Below, in pieces: positions 11,625-20,644 of a stretch of 64,000 bases of DNA. Each line of letters begins with the position of its first letter. The stretch's first letter is position 1. The stretch spans positions 588,874 through 652,873 of the forward strand of contig CAXXJJ010000004.1 of assembly GCA_963667015.2 (NCBI GenBank), in the 5' to 3' direction. The position numbers were made by a program, and so were the translations under genes. The notes beneath the pieces are model-generated. The model worked only from the letters and a program-made list of their open reading frames with translations, did no database searches and had not been told where the DNA came from. This stretch comes from Desulfatiglandales bacterium (GTDB lineage: Bacteria > Desulfobacterota > DSM-4660 > Desulfatiglandales > HGW-15).

Positions 11625-12707
11625 CTACACCTTTGGGACCTTGATCCTTGCATCCCTTTCAAGGCCTGAGACAACTTCAATATTAATACTGTCGGACAGG
11701 CCTGTCTCTATATACTTTTTCTCAAAATTCTGCGGCGTGTTTTCTATTTCAATAAAGGTTTTATTATCTTTATCAAACTGGAGCACGCTCTCATTAACAG
11801 CCAGGACCTGCTCCCTTTTATCCAGCACAATGCTTGCAGTAGCACTGTACCCGGCCCTCACAAAAATGTTCTCAACAAGTTCAACCTTTGCCCTTATCGG
11901 GAAAAGTATGGTGCCGTTCTCCTCAACCCCCTTTGGTGAAATATGTTCGAGAGTGGCTTTAAAACTGACGTCCTCTATAGCGCCGATGGTTATCAAAAGC
12001 TCCATTCCGATTTTAATCTTGCCTATCTCCGTTTCATCAAGTTTGCCTTCAAAAATCAGGTCACTCATATCAGCCACAGTAGCAATAGTTGATCCGGCAT
12101 TAAAAGAATTGCTCTGTATTACAGTGTCACCGATTTCAACAGGAACATCCAGGATCATTCCGTCCATTGTTGACCTTATGAGCGTATTGGTTGTTGTCGT
12201 GTTTTTAGCAACACCTTTTTTAATTATCTGAAGATTATTTTCAGCGGCTTCATACTCTGATTTTGCATTTTTGTAGTCAGCTTCGCTGTTATGGTAGTCC
12301 TGTTCCGGAGTTATGCCTTCGGTATAGGTTTCCTTCTGTCGTTCATACTTCCATTTTTTATTATCCAGGTTTATTTTTGCCTGCCTCACCCTTGCTTCCG
12401 CCGAGTTAAGCTCCTTCATTTCAGGAATAACCTGGACCTTTGCAATAAGGTCATCTCTTTTTACCATCTCTCCTGATTCCACATATATTTCCTGGATAAT
12501 GCCCGGCACCTGAGGCTTTATCTCTACTTCCTTGCGCGGCTTGATGGAACCGGTTGCAACAGTTTTTTTTATGATATCGGTAACAATAGGCTGTTTTATT
12601 TCATATACTACAGGAGCTTTTTTTTCTTTCGCTGCAAGGTATGTAAAAAGATATGCGCCACCTCCCAGCAGGATAATTACAACCAGAACAGTCAATATTC
12701 TTTTCAT
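11625..12707 (-). CDS. Efflux periplasmic adaptor (HlyD/MacA family)
   Basis: N-terminal anchor, a coiled-coil hairpin and lipoyl/beta-barrel motifs (IKPQVPGIIQEIYVESGEMVKRDDLIAKV). Confidence 0.85.
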   Translation of the reverse strand: MKRILTVLVVIILLGGGAYLFTYLAAKEKKAPVVYEIKQPIVTDIIKKTVATGSIKPRKEVEIKPQVPGIIQEIYVESGEMVKRDDLIAKVQVIPEMKELNSAEARVRQAKINLDNKKWKYERQKETYTEGITPEQDYHNSEADYKNAKSEYEAAENNLQIIKKGVAKNTTTTNTLIRSTMDGMILDVPVEIGDTVIQSNSFNAGSTIATVADMSDLIFEGKLDETEIGKIKIGMELLITIGAIEDVSFKATLEHISPKGVEENGTILFPIRAKVELVENIFVRAGYSATASIVLDKREQVLAVNESVLQFDKDNKTFIEIENTPQNFEKKYIETGLSDSINIEVVSGLERDARIKVPKV

Positions 12708-12725
12708 TTTATTCCTTCCTTATAA

Positions 12726-13988
12726 TCAGATTTCAGATCTTAATGCATCTATAGGTTTTATGCTTACTGCCCGCTTTGCCGGAAGCAGTCCGGCGATAGC
12801 ACCGGAGACAACAAGTATTGCGAGTGCCAGCAGGGCGACTTTTATATCCACCTCGGGGTTATAAAAATAGAAAGTCCGGACATCTAATTTTCTGAGTAAA
12901 AATGCAGCCAGTTCAACAAGTCCGATAGACAGAAGCAGCCCCATGTATCCAGCAGCAGTGTTTAGAAAAATTGATTCAGTAATAATCTGCCTTATTATTC
13001 TCCAGGGTGTGGCACCGAGCGCCCTCTGCACACCTATCTCCTTGGTTCTCTCCCTTACAACAACAAGCATTATATTGCTTGTACCTACAACTCCTGCAAA
13101 AAGAGTCAGCGTTCCTACAAACCATGAAAGAAAAGATATACCGGTAAAGAGGACATTTACCTCTTTAACCTGTTCCTCTACATTATCAGTGCCAAAGGCA
13201 AGTTTGTCATCAGGAGAAACCCTGTGCCGCTTTGCAAGCAGCTTTTTCATTTTTTCTTCAATAACCTTTGTAGAAATCCCGTCCTTTGAAAGAACCGAAT
13301 AATACCCGACCCTGTTCCCCATGTTCTGGGTATGCTGCATGGTAGAGAATGGCATGAAGATAGTTTTATTATCCTGGTCACCACCATTATCAGGAGGACG
13401 CCTTGATTTGAATACACCTGCCACCTGATAGTAGATACCGCTTACTTTCAGGAAATCACCTACAGGATCTTCATCAGGCTCATACAGTATTTCACGTACT
13501 CTTTCACCTATAATGATTATCTTTCTTTTAAGCTTGAGGTCCTTTTCATTGATGAATCGCCCGGCGGAAATGTCGAGCGGCTGTATTTTAAGGTAACCCG
13601 GAGTGTCGCCGACAATCCTGAAATTGTCGCTTCTGTTGTCTCTTGATATCTCTACATCCCCGCCGCGTCCGCTTGCCCTGGGGGCCAGCACTTCAATCTC
13701 AGGAATATTATCACGGATCGCCTGTGTATCATCATCGGTAAAACTCCACCAGCGGCCCTTGTCAAATCCTTCGTAGGGAATAGTAGTCGACCTCGTCCAT
13801 ATGTACATGCTGTTAAGGGCCATATCGCCCAATCCGTAAAAGACTCCGTTTTTAAGGCCGTTACCGGCGCCCAGCATTACAACAAGCATGAATATGCCCC
13901 AGAATACTCCAAAACCTGTAAGCAGCGTACGTGTCTTATTCTTTTTAAGTATATGAAAAACCTCCTGCCAGAGGTCACGATCTATCAT
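12726..13988 (-). CDS. ABC transporter permease, MacB/FtsX-type
   Basis: TM1, a large periplasmic domain and a C-terminal FtsX 3-TM bundle (VVRERTKEIGVQRALGA). Confidence 0.85.
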   Translation of the reverse strand: MIDRDLWQEVFHILKKNKTRTLLTGFGVFWGIFMLVVMLGAGNGLKNGVFYGLGDMALNSMYIWTRSTTIPYEGFDKGRWWSFTDDDTQAIRDNIPEIEVLAPRASGRGGDVEISRDNRSDNFRIVGDTPGYLKIQPLDISAGRFINEKDLKLKRKIIIIGERVREILYEPDEDPVGDFLKVSGIYYQVAGVFKSRRPPDNGGDQDNKTIFMPFSTMQHTQNMGNRVGYYSVLSKDGISTKVIEEKMKKLLAKRHRVSPDDKLAFGTDNVEEQVKEVNVLFTGISFLSWFVGTLTLFAGVVGTSNIMLVVVRERTKEIGVQRALGATPWRIIRQIITESIFLNTAAGYMGLLLSIGLVELAAFLLRKLDVRTFYFYNPEVDIKVALLALAILVVSGAIAGLLPAKRAVSIKPIDALRSEI

Positions 13989-13990
13989 AA

Positions 13991-15223
13991 TTATTCATCC
14001 CTCAATGCCACAATCGGTTTAATTTTTGCTGCCTTGCGCGCAGGGAAAAATCCTGCAAGAAGCCCTGCAACGATAAGCAGGATAGTAGCGCTTACAGCAA
14101 TAGTCATATTTACCTCAGGATTATAAAAGTATTCGTTTTTTGGCATTACTCTTCTTATAAATTCCAGCAGCCCGGTACCGCCAAGAAGCCCTATAAATCC
14201 GGAGGCGGATGTTATAAGAACAGCTTCCTGCATTATCATCCCTATAATTGAGACAGGTCTTGCTCCAATGGCCTTCCTGATGCCTATTTCCCTGGTACGC
14301 TCCTTTACAACAATGGTCATAATATTGCTTACACCTACAATACCCGCCACAATGGTCATAATACCTATTACCCACACAAAAAGCCTTATGGAATCAAACA
14401 GGGTCATCATCCTGGAGAGCCTTTCAATACTGTTTGAAATAAAAATAGCCCTGTCATCTTCAGGGTCAAATTTATGTATTTTTGCTATTTGTTTGCGGAT
14501 ACGCTTCTCAATTTCCTGTGATTCTTCCACTGAGGACGATACAGGTATTGTTAAGGCCATATTTGATATGCGCTTTGTCCCTCCATAAAGCAGCTGTGCT
14601 GTTGTAATAGGCAGGACAATTACCTTGTTGTCGCTGTTCTGGTTTTTTGACTTGAAAACGGCAATAACTCTTGCGTAAAAACCATTTATGATAATGTATT
14701 CTCCAATAGATTTATCAGTGCCGAAAAGTTCTTCTTCAACTTCCTGCGTGATAGCGACAACCTTGCGTTTTTCAGAAATATCATATTCGTTGAAGTTTCT
14801 GCCTTTAACGATTTCTTCTTTATTTATATAGGCATAATCAGGATGCACAGACACAACCTGATATTTTACAGACTTTCCCTTGTATGCCACATAACCCTGA
14901 CCGGGAATACTGTACTGTGATGTGATAAGCTCAACTTCGGGCATGCTTTTAACCTGATCATAGTCATCATTATCAAGCCCTATATAACGCCCCTGCTTAA
15001 AACCTTCAAAAGGCTTTGTGGTTTTTCCGCCCCAGATTCTCATGCTGTTTACAAGAGATCTTTCAAAATTAAGCCCCATGGCGTTTTCAAGCCCATTGCC
15101 CGATCCAAGCAGTATTATCAGCATAAAAATACCCCATGCCACGCTGAATCCGGTGAGAAATGCGCGGAGCTTGTTTTTACCCAGCGTACTGAATATTTCC
15201 TCCCACGTGTCCAGACCTAACAT
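13991..15223 (-). CDS. ABC transporter permease, MacB/FtsX-type (paralog)
   Basis: Same architecture as the neighbouring permease, with VVKERTREIGIRKAIGA. Confidence 0.85.
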   Translation of the reverse strand: MLGLDTWEEIFSTLGKNKLRAFLTGFSVAWGIFMLIILLGSGNGLENAMGLNFERSLVNSMRIWGGKTTKPFEGFKQGRYIGLDNDDYDQVKSMPEVELITSQYSIPGQGYVAYKGKSVKYQVVSVHPDYAYINKEEIVKGRNFNEYDISEKRKVVAITQEVEEELFGTDKSIGEYIIINGFYARVIAVFKSKNQNSDNKVIVLPITTAQLLYGGTKRISNMALTIPVSSSVEESQEIEKRIRKQIAKIHKFDPEDDRAIFISNSIERLSRMMTLFDSIRLFVWVIGIMTIVAGIVGVSNIMTIVVKERTREIGIRKAIGARPVSIIGMIMQEAVLITSASGFIGLLGGTGLLEFIRRVMPKNEYFYNPEVNMTIAVSATILLIVAGLLAGFFPARKAAKIKPIVALRDE

Positions 15224-15906
15224 TCTCTACCCTCTAGACCATCCTCTTCAATCAGGCCGTCCTTTAACCTTACAATTCTTTTTGTCATCAGAGATATGTC
15301 TTTCTCATGGGTGACAATAACAATGGTTACACCTTCTTTGTTAATCTCCTGAAGAAGTTTCATAACCTCCAGCGAGGTTTGGCTGTCCAGTGCCCCTGTG
15401 GGCTCATCAGCAACTATTATCCTCGGCTTTGTGATCATGGCCCTTGCTATTGCTATCCTCTGTTTCTGACCGCCGGACAGCTCATTGGGAGTATGATCTG
15501 CCCACTCCTTAAGACCAAGTTTATCAAGATACTCCATTGCAATCAGGTTGCGTTTTTTTCTGTTTATTTTCTGGTAATAAAGCGGAAGAGCCACATTTTC
15601 CAAAGCATTTTTAAAGCTGATAAGATTAAAGGACTGAAATACAAAACCAATCATCCTGTTGCGGAAATATGCGGCCTTTTTTTCGGTGAGGTTCATAATA
15701 TGAGTCCCGCCAAGCCAGTATCCGCCGCTGTCGTAATTATCAAGAATACCGATGATATTAAGCAGGGTGGACTTACCTGAACCGGATGAACCCATAATTG
15801 AAACAAACTCACCTTCTTCTATTTCCAGATCAATACCTTTGAGTACATGAAGAGGACTTCCGCTGAAATAACTCTTATTAATATTTTCCAGTTTAACCAT
15901 ATACAT
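15217..15906 (-). CDS. ABC transporter ATP-binding protein (MacB/LolD-like)
   Basis: Walker A GSSGSGKST, signature LSGGQKQR, Walker B IIVADEPT. Confidence 0.9.
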   Translation of the reverse strand: MYMVKLENINKSYFSGSPLHVLKGIDLEIEEGEFVSIMGSSGSGKSTLLNIIGILDNYDSGGYWLGGTHIMNLTEKKAAYFRNRMIGFVFQSFNLISFKNALENVALPLYYQKINRKKRNLIAMEYLDKLGLKEWADHTPNELSGGQKQRIAIARAMITKPRIIVADEPTGALDSQTSLEVMKLLQEINKEGVTIVIVTHEKDISLMTKRIVRLKDGLIEEDGLEGREC

Positions 15907-16199
15907 TTCCCTGTATGAAGCCAGATGAATCTGAGTTTATTAATTTTTGTCGGAGGAGAATGAACAACACAGCCCTATAAAGATTCATTGCTCAGACTCT
16001 CGGTGTGTTGATTCATTCCAGGATTTTCAAATAGTGATAGCAGAAACCATCCTTTAGTATCTATTGTTAGACAAAAAATACTAAATTTTGTTCAATTTTT
16101 ATATCGCTTATAAAGCAGAAACTATATGATGGGTTATAAAACACAGGATTGGTCTTTTGTCAAAAAAATTGATGGGTATTATTTACATCCGGAAAACAG

Positions 16200-16817
16200 T
16201 TATCGGTAATCGGATTTCACATTTATTTTATTCTTTTTAAGCCAGTTATAAAGATTTGGAGTTGTTGTTTTATATTTTCTTGCAATAAAGGCCTTGGTTG
16301 ATCCGTTTTTAAGGAGGGTAATTATTTCATCCCTGTTTTTATCAAGCTTTGATTTTCCTGGGCCTTCCGGTCGCCCCAGCCTGACACCGGCCTTTTTTCT
16401 TTCCGTCAGGGCCTTTTTTGTCCGCTGACTCACAAATTCTTTTTCAAGTTCTGAAAAAAATGAAAACATGGAAACCATGGTTTCCTGATGCATATCTTGA
16501 TTGTTTAATTCAAATCCATCTTTTACAGAAAAGATATTAATCTCCCTTTCAACAGCTGTTTTTAGAATTTCAAGCACCTCAAGGCTGGATCTGCCAAGCC
16601 TGGTCAATTGAGGGATAATGATCCTGTCCCCGGATTTCAGACTGAAAATTATTTTACCTATTTTTCTCAGCTTCCAGTCTTTTGCCTGATCTGCAGGTTC
16701 TTCAACAAACATCACATTTCCAAATTTTTTCTGTTTTGCATATTTTAATATATCAATTCTTTCTACCCCTGATATGCCCAACCTGAAATAGCCGATATTT
16801 ACCGGATCTCTGCCCAT
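16200..16817 (-). CDS. Resolvase/invertase-family (small serine recombinase) homolog lacking the canonical catalytic Ser
   Basis: GDRIIIPQLTRLGRS, SELEKEFVSQRTKKAL and a C-terminal HTH (GSTKAFIARKYKTTTPNLYNWLKK). The N-terminus reads GYFRLGIS where resolvases have GYaRVSt. Confidence 0.75.
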   Translation of the reverse strand: MGRDPVNIGYFRLGISGVERIDILKYAKQKKFGNVMFVEEPADQAKDWKLRKIGKIIFSLKSGDRIIIPQLTRLGRSSLEVLEILKTAVEREINIFSVKDGFELNNQDMHQETMVSMFSFFSELEKEFVSQRTKKALTERKKAGVRLGRPEGPGKSKLDKNRDEIITLLKNGSTKAFIARKYKTTTPNLYNWLKKNKINVKSDYR

Positions 16818-17225
16818 ACATAAAATTCCTGAAAAACATAAAGTAAAACTTGAAAATTAATTTTAAAAACCAATAAATTTAACCATTAGGACATTTTATC
16901 TATTCTTTATTTTTTCTCAAAATATAGGATAAACTGCACATTTAAAATAATCTTAAACCGCTTTACTCAGGCGCCTGCACCCACAAAGAGAATAAATATA
17001 ATCAATACAAGACACTACACTTTCATAAATTTTTTATCAAACGTTTTCTTTTTACTATATCAACTTAAAACGTATATTTATACTTAATATATTTTGGGAA
17101 ATTTTTACATATAATAATGCACAATAACTGGTCATAATACCACCTGCAGTTTTCCCGCAGGTCAAAGCAATCTGCTTTTCAAATATCATTTTTTTCAAGA
17201 CAAAAGACATGGACAGGAAACATCC

Positions 17226-17253
17226 TTGATTGTGGCACCTCTTTTAGTATAAT
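17226..17253 (+). promoter_or_regulatory. Sigma70-type promoter candidate
   Basis: TTGATT (17226-17231), 16 nt, TATAAT (17248-17253). It lies about 210 nt upstream of the 17466 start. Confidence 0.45.
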
Positions 17254-17465
17254 ATTCAGAATCGATAGTCGATACACCTCAATCCGTATATCCTGATAAA
17301 AAGCAGCTCGTCCCGTTAGGTAAAGCAGCAGGGGAATGGTTATCGGGAGGGCGTATTAAACTGGAATTAGAGGGCTAATTCACTGGCTGATATGGAATGC
17401 TTCCGGCCTATGTCTTTGTTGACGGTGTTGGAAAACGGATATATATCATCTGAGGACTGCAGACA

Positions 17466-17693
17466 ATGAGTGAGAATGTAAATAAAGAAATGAGATTCGG
17501 TGTTGTTGCTATAAATAAGGGATATGTAACACCTGAACAGGTAATTGAAGCACTAAATATTCAGGTAAAGGAAGATATTTCAGCAGGAAGGCATCGAAGG
17601 ATCGGGGCAATACTGCTTGAACTGGGCCTCCTGACAGATATACAGATTGCTGATGTCCTGAAAGAACTGGAAAAACAGATTGATAACAACTGA
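17466..17693 (+). CDS. 75-aa stand-alone MshEN/T2SSE_N-like repeat protein
   Basis: Two copies of the pattern RxGxx(hh)xxG(hh)xxxxhxxxLxx(Q): RFGVVAINKGYVTPEQVIEALNIQ and RIGAILLELGLLTDIQIADVLKEL. GAGGA RBS. Confidence 0.6.
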   Translation: MSENVNKEMRFGVVAINKGYVTPEQVIEALNIQVKEDISAGRHRRIGAILLELGLLTDIQIADVLKELEKQIDNN

Positions 17694-17782
17694 TAGGTTA
17701 TAAGGCTTTTAACCACTGCTCATTTACCGGATACTTCTAAAACCACCGACCTGACAACTGTTTTTTAACCGAGGTTGAAAAA

Positions 17783-18556
17783 ATGCTTCTTGCAGCAGAC
17801 AATATACGGATAACCAGCAGTATAATAGAAAAATCCCTTGACCGCCAGGATGCATTACCCCTTCAGAAATTGGTGACGCAAATACAGGGCGCTGGAGCTA
17901 TTGATATAAATACCGGTCCATTGAAATCCCGCACTGAAGAAAAAATGGAATTTCTTATTTTTTCGATTCAGGAGGTGACTGATCTGCCGGTCATTCTCGA
18001 CACCACAAATCCACAGGCTATAAGGAAAGGGTTAAGTATAAGTAAAAACAGGGTAATCATTAACGGATTTTCTCTTGAACATGATAAACTTGAAAAAATA
18101 CTTCCCCTTGCAGCAGAATTTGATGTAGACATCATTGGCTACCTGTTGGATTCAAATGGCCTGCCGCCGTTCGATACCCAGGACAGACTCAACATTGCAG
18201 TAGATCTATATAAGATATGCCGGGAATCAGGAGTTGCTGAAGAGAGGCTGATAATTGATCCAGTTGTCTCGCCCCTTCTCTGGAATGACGGTGCAGTCAG
18301 AAATATGGAGCTGTTGAACATACTGGGACTTCTTCCCGACATTCTGGGATTTCCAGTTAAAACAATAGCAGGTCTTTCAAACCTGACAAGCGGAATAAAG
18401 GATATGCATAAGAGGATTATTCTACAGGAGGCGTACCTTTCGATGCTCTCTGCCTCAGGACTTTCCATTTTGCTCATGGATATGCTCAACAGACATCTTG
18501 TAGAGATGGCACAGACATGCAACTTACTGACAGGTGAAAAACCTTTCTGTGTATAA
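17783..18556 (+). CDS. Pterin-binding (dihydropteroate-synthase-like) methyltransferase; methyl-THF:corrinoid methyltransferase family
   Basis: N-terminal ...AADNIRITSS...GAGAIDINTGP and a TIM-barrel-length protein (257 aa) resembling MeTr/AcsE-type proteins. Confidence 0.65.
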   Translation: MLLAADNIRITSSIIEKSLDRQDALPLQKLVTQIQGAGAIDINTGPLKSRTEEKMEFLIFSIQEVTDLPVILDTTNPQAIRKGLSISKNRVIINGFSLEHDKLEKILPLAAEFDVDIIGYLLDSNGLPPFDTQDRLNIAVDLYKICRESGVAEERLIIDPVVSPLLWNDGAVRNMELLNILGLLPDILGFPVKTIAGLSNLTSGIKDMHKRIILQEAYLSMLSASGLSILLMDMLNRHLVEMAQTCNLLTGEKPFCV

Positions 18557-18746
18557 ATTATACATTATGTAAATTTATTATATATTGTATTAAAAAAAAT
18601 ATCCCGTTCTTTATTTCCGTCTTGTGTAACGTAAAAAAATCTATTATACATAGTTTATATTCAGAAAATGCTCATTTTTATCAATTTCCGTTTTTTTCAG
18701 CCAGATTCACACTGAACAGGTATCAAACTATTTTACGGAGGAATAA

Positions 18747-19616
18747 ATGATTAAAAAAGTAATAGCTGTTTTTTCAATAGTCCTGCTGTGCATTTCCATA
18801 AACAGTTGTTCAACAACAAAAGTATGTGACAGGGAATGCCTCAAGGGTTTCATAACCCAGTATCTCGATGCACTTTTAGCCCAGAACCCGGATATCCTGC
18901 CTGTTTCTTCAGATGTAAAATTTACCGAAGACTGTAAGGAATTGAAGATTGGAGAAGGGCTCTGGAAGAGCAAAATCAAACTCACAGATTACAGAAGAGA
19001 TATTATTGATATCAAAGAAGGAACTGCAATATCATTCCTGGTGATCGAAGAAAAAGATACTCCGGTCTTCTTTGTCATGAGACTGAAGGTCCAGGATCAG
19101 AAAATCACTGAAATTGAATCAAGTGTAGTTAGAGGTAAAGAAGAAGGAATGCTTTTTGATCCAAGCAATCTCAAGACAATAAGCAAAGAGATGGCCTATG
19201 TTCCCAAAAAGGAGCAGCTCAATACCCGGGAAGAAATGATCAAGATGGCAATTACATATCCCGAGGGTTTGAAAGTGGGAAGTTTTGTAAAAGTGGATTC
19301 GCCAATGGCAGATGATGCATACAGATATGAAAACGGCCAGCTTATGGCAGGTCCGGGCTGTACCTTCTTTAAGGGCTGCGACAATATGAAGACACAGACG
19401 ATACCTACCCTTGCAGGAATCAAATATAAAGTTCTGGCTGTTGACGAAGAAATGGGTGTTGTTGCCATTCGTATGAATTTTGGCCCTGGTTCTCTCTTTT
19501 CCGGTCAGGGCGAACTTGATGTATGGCATTCATTCAAGATTTACGACGGCCTGATACATTCGGCAGAAGCATATTGTGAAAAAGTCCCACCCGGAACGCC
19601 ATTCGGGTGGGAATAG
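18747..19616 (+). CDS. Exported hypothetical protein (possible lipoprotein)
   Basis: Signal peptide MIKKVIAVFSIVLLCISINSC. GGAGG RBS. No family recognised. Confidence 0.6.
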   Translation: MIKKVIAVFSIVLLCISINSCSTTKVCDRECLKGFITQYLDALLAQNPDILPVSSDVKFTEDCKELKIGEGLWKSKIKLTDYRRDIIDIKEGTAISFLVIEEKDTPVFFVMRLKVQDQKITEIESSVVRGKEEGMLFDPSNLKTISKEMAYVPKKEQLNTREEMIKMAITYPEGLKVGSFVKVDSPMADDAYRYENGQLMAGPGCTFFKGCDNMKTQTIPTLAGIKYKVLAVDEEMGVVAIRMNFGPGSLFSGQGELDVWHSFKIYDGLIHSAEAYCEKVPPGTPFGWE

Positions 19617-19718
19617 TACAGGGATTCCCGGGGCCCTATACCGGCAGTTATCTTCGGATGATATTTTCATCCGGAAAAGAGTATCAAGATCACTGTAATA
19701 GCAGGTATTCATTGATCA

Positions 19719-19746
19719 TTGACACCCTGATTATCTCTGGTATAGT
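19719..19746 (+). promoter_or_regulatory. Sigma70 promoter candidate with extended -10, upstream of the FeS/AOR operon
   Basis: TTGACA (19719-19724), 16 nt, TATAGT (19741-19746), with TG at 19738-19739. Confidence 0.55.
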
Positions 19747-19839
19747 ATCCGGGTTCCTCAATATATAGTTGGCCATTTTAAGCAGCGGTTTTTCGGCCTT
19801 AAAATGATATTAACCTGTTATCAATCAAGGAGTTAACTA

Positions 19840-20634
19840 ATGCCAAAAGACAAAAAACCTGACAAAAATGAAACATCAGAAAAGACGATGAACCGGCGGC
19901 AATTTCTTGTCGGCGGCAGTGCTGCACTTGCTGCAGGGGCAATTGCAGCAACCACCGGTGTAAAATCCGCTGCGGCAGCTGAACCCGAATCCTATCCGGA
20001 ATCAAAGGGCTATCTGGTTTATGACAGCAAAAAATGTATCGGCTGTACAACATGTATGCTGAGCTGCTCCATGGTCCATTATGGAGAGCAAAACCTGTCG
20101 CTCGCCAGAATCCAGATAATGCAGGATTCCTTTGGAAAATTCCCGAACGATCTCCAGATATCACCCTGCAGACAGTGTGTAACACCTCCATGTGTTATAA
20201 ACTGCCCGGTAGGAGCCGCTTATATTGACACCGAAAACGGCAATGTCAGAAGGATTAACGAAGATGATTGTGTCGGTTGTGGAACCTGCCTTAAAATGTG
20301 TCCCCAGCAGCCTCATCGACCTGTATGGAACCATATTACAGGAAAATCCACAAAATGCGACCTTTGCATCGATACCCCTTACTGGGATGAAAAAGGTGGT
20401 CCCGGTGGCAAACAGGCGTGCGTGGAATCATGCCCAATGCAGGCCATCAAGTTTGTTACAGAAACTCCTGACCAGAAAGAGACCGAAGGGTATAATGTCA
20501 ACCTGCGTAATGATCACTGGTTAAATCTTGGCCTGGTTGATGACAGCAGGATAATACCACCAAAAATGAAAAATGCGGGACCGATGATGTTTGGCCCACC
20601 AAAAGCAAAACCAAAACCAAAGGCAAAGGGATAG
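19840..20634 (+). CDS. Tat-signal 4Fe-4S ferredoxin-type subunit (multi-cluster)
   Basis: Twin-arginine motif NRRQFLVGG. Cys motifs CIGCTTCMLSC, CRQCVTPPC, CVGCGTCLKMC and CDLC...C. Lys/Pro-rich C-terminal tail. Confidence 0.85.
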   Translation: MPKDKKPDKNETSEKTMNRRQFLVGGSAALAAGAIAATTGVKSAAAAEPESYPESKGYLVYDSKKCIGCTTCMLSCSMVHYGEQNLSLARIQIMQDSFGKFPNDLQISPCRQCVTPPCVINCPVGAAYIDTENGNVRRINEDDCVGCGTCLKMCPQQPHRPVWNHITGKSTKCDLCIDTPYWDEKGGPGGKQACVESCPMQAIKFVTETPDQKETEGYNVNLRNDHWLNLGLVDDSRIIPPKMKNAGPMMFGPPKAKPKPKAKG

Positions 20635-20644
20635 GAGGATCGAT

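Noticed and set aside
16152-17208. Inverted repeat GTCTTTTGTC+A7 (16152-16168) versus T7-caa-GACAAAAGAC (17189-17208), flanking the resolvase gene and the AT-rich region. This raised the idea of an invertible promoter segment.
   Set aside because: The core is only 10 bp plus homopolymer runs with a 3-nt indel, in very AT-rich DNA, so a chance match is plausible. The recombinase also appears to lack its catalytic Ser. It is worth a look in read data but is not supportable from sequence alone.
17232-17247. Sigma54-like TGGCAC-N5-TT elements at 17234 (TGGCACctcttTTAGT) and at 22714 (TGGCACttattTTGAT).
   Set aside because: The -12 element lacks the conserved GC (TTGC) in both. The first overlaps a better sigma70 promoter, and the second sits between a stop codon and its terminator.
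17254-17465. A possible riboswitch (a cobalamin type was considered, because a corrinoid-linked methyltransferase gene lies downstream) in the ~210-nt leader before the 17466 gene.
   Set aside because: I could not find the B12-box (GCCACUG-type) or the conserved GGUG/AAxxCC core. There are only vague G-rich stretches. A covariance-model (Rfam) scan would be needed, so no call is made.
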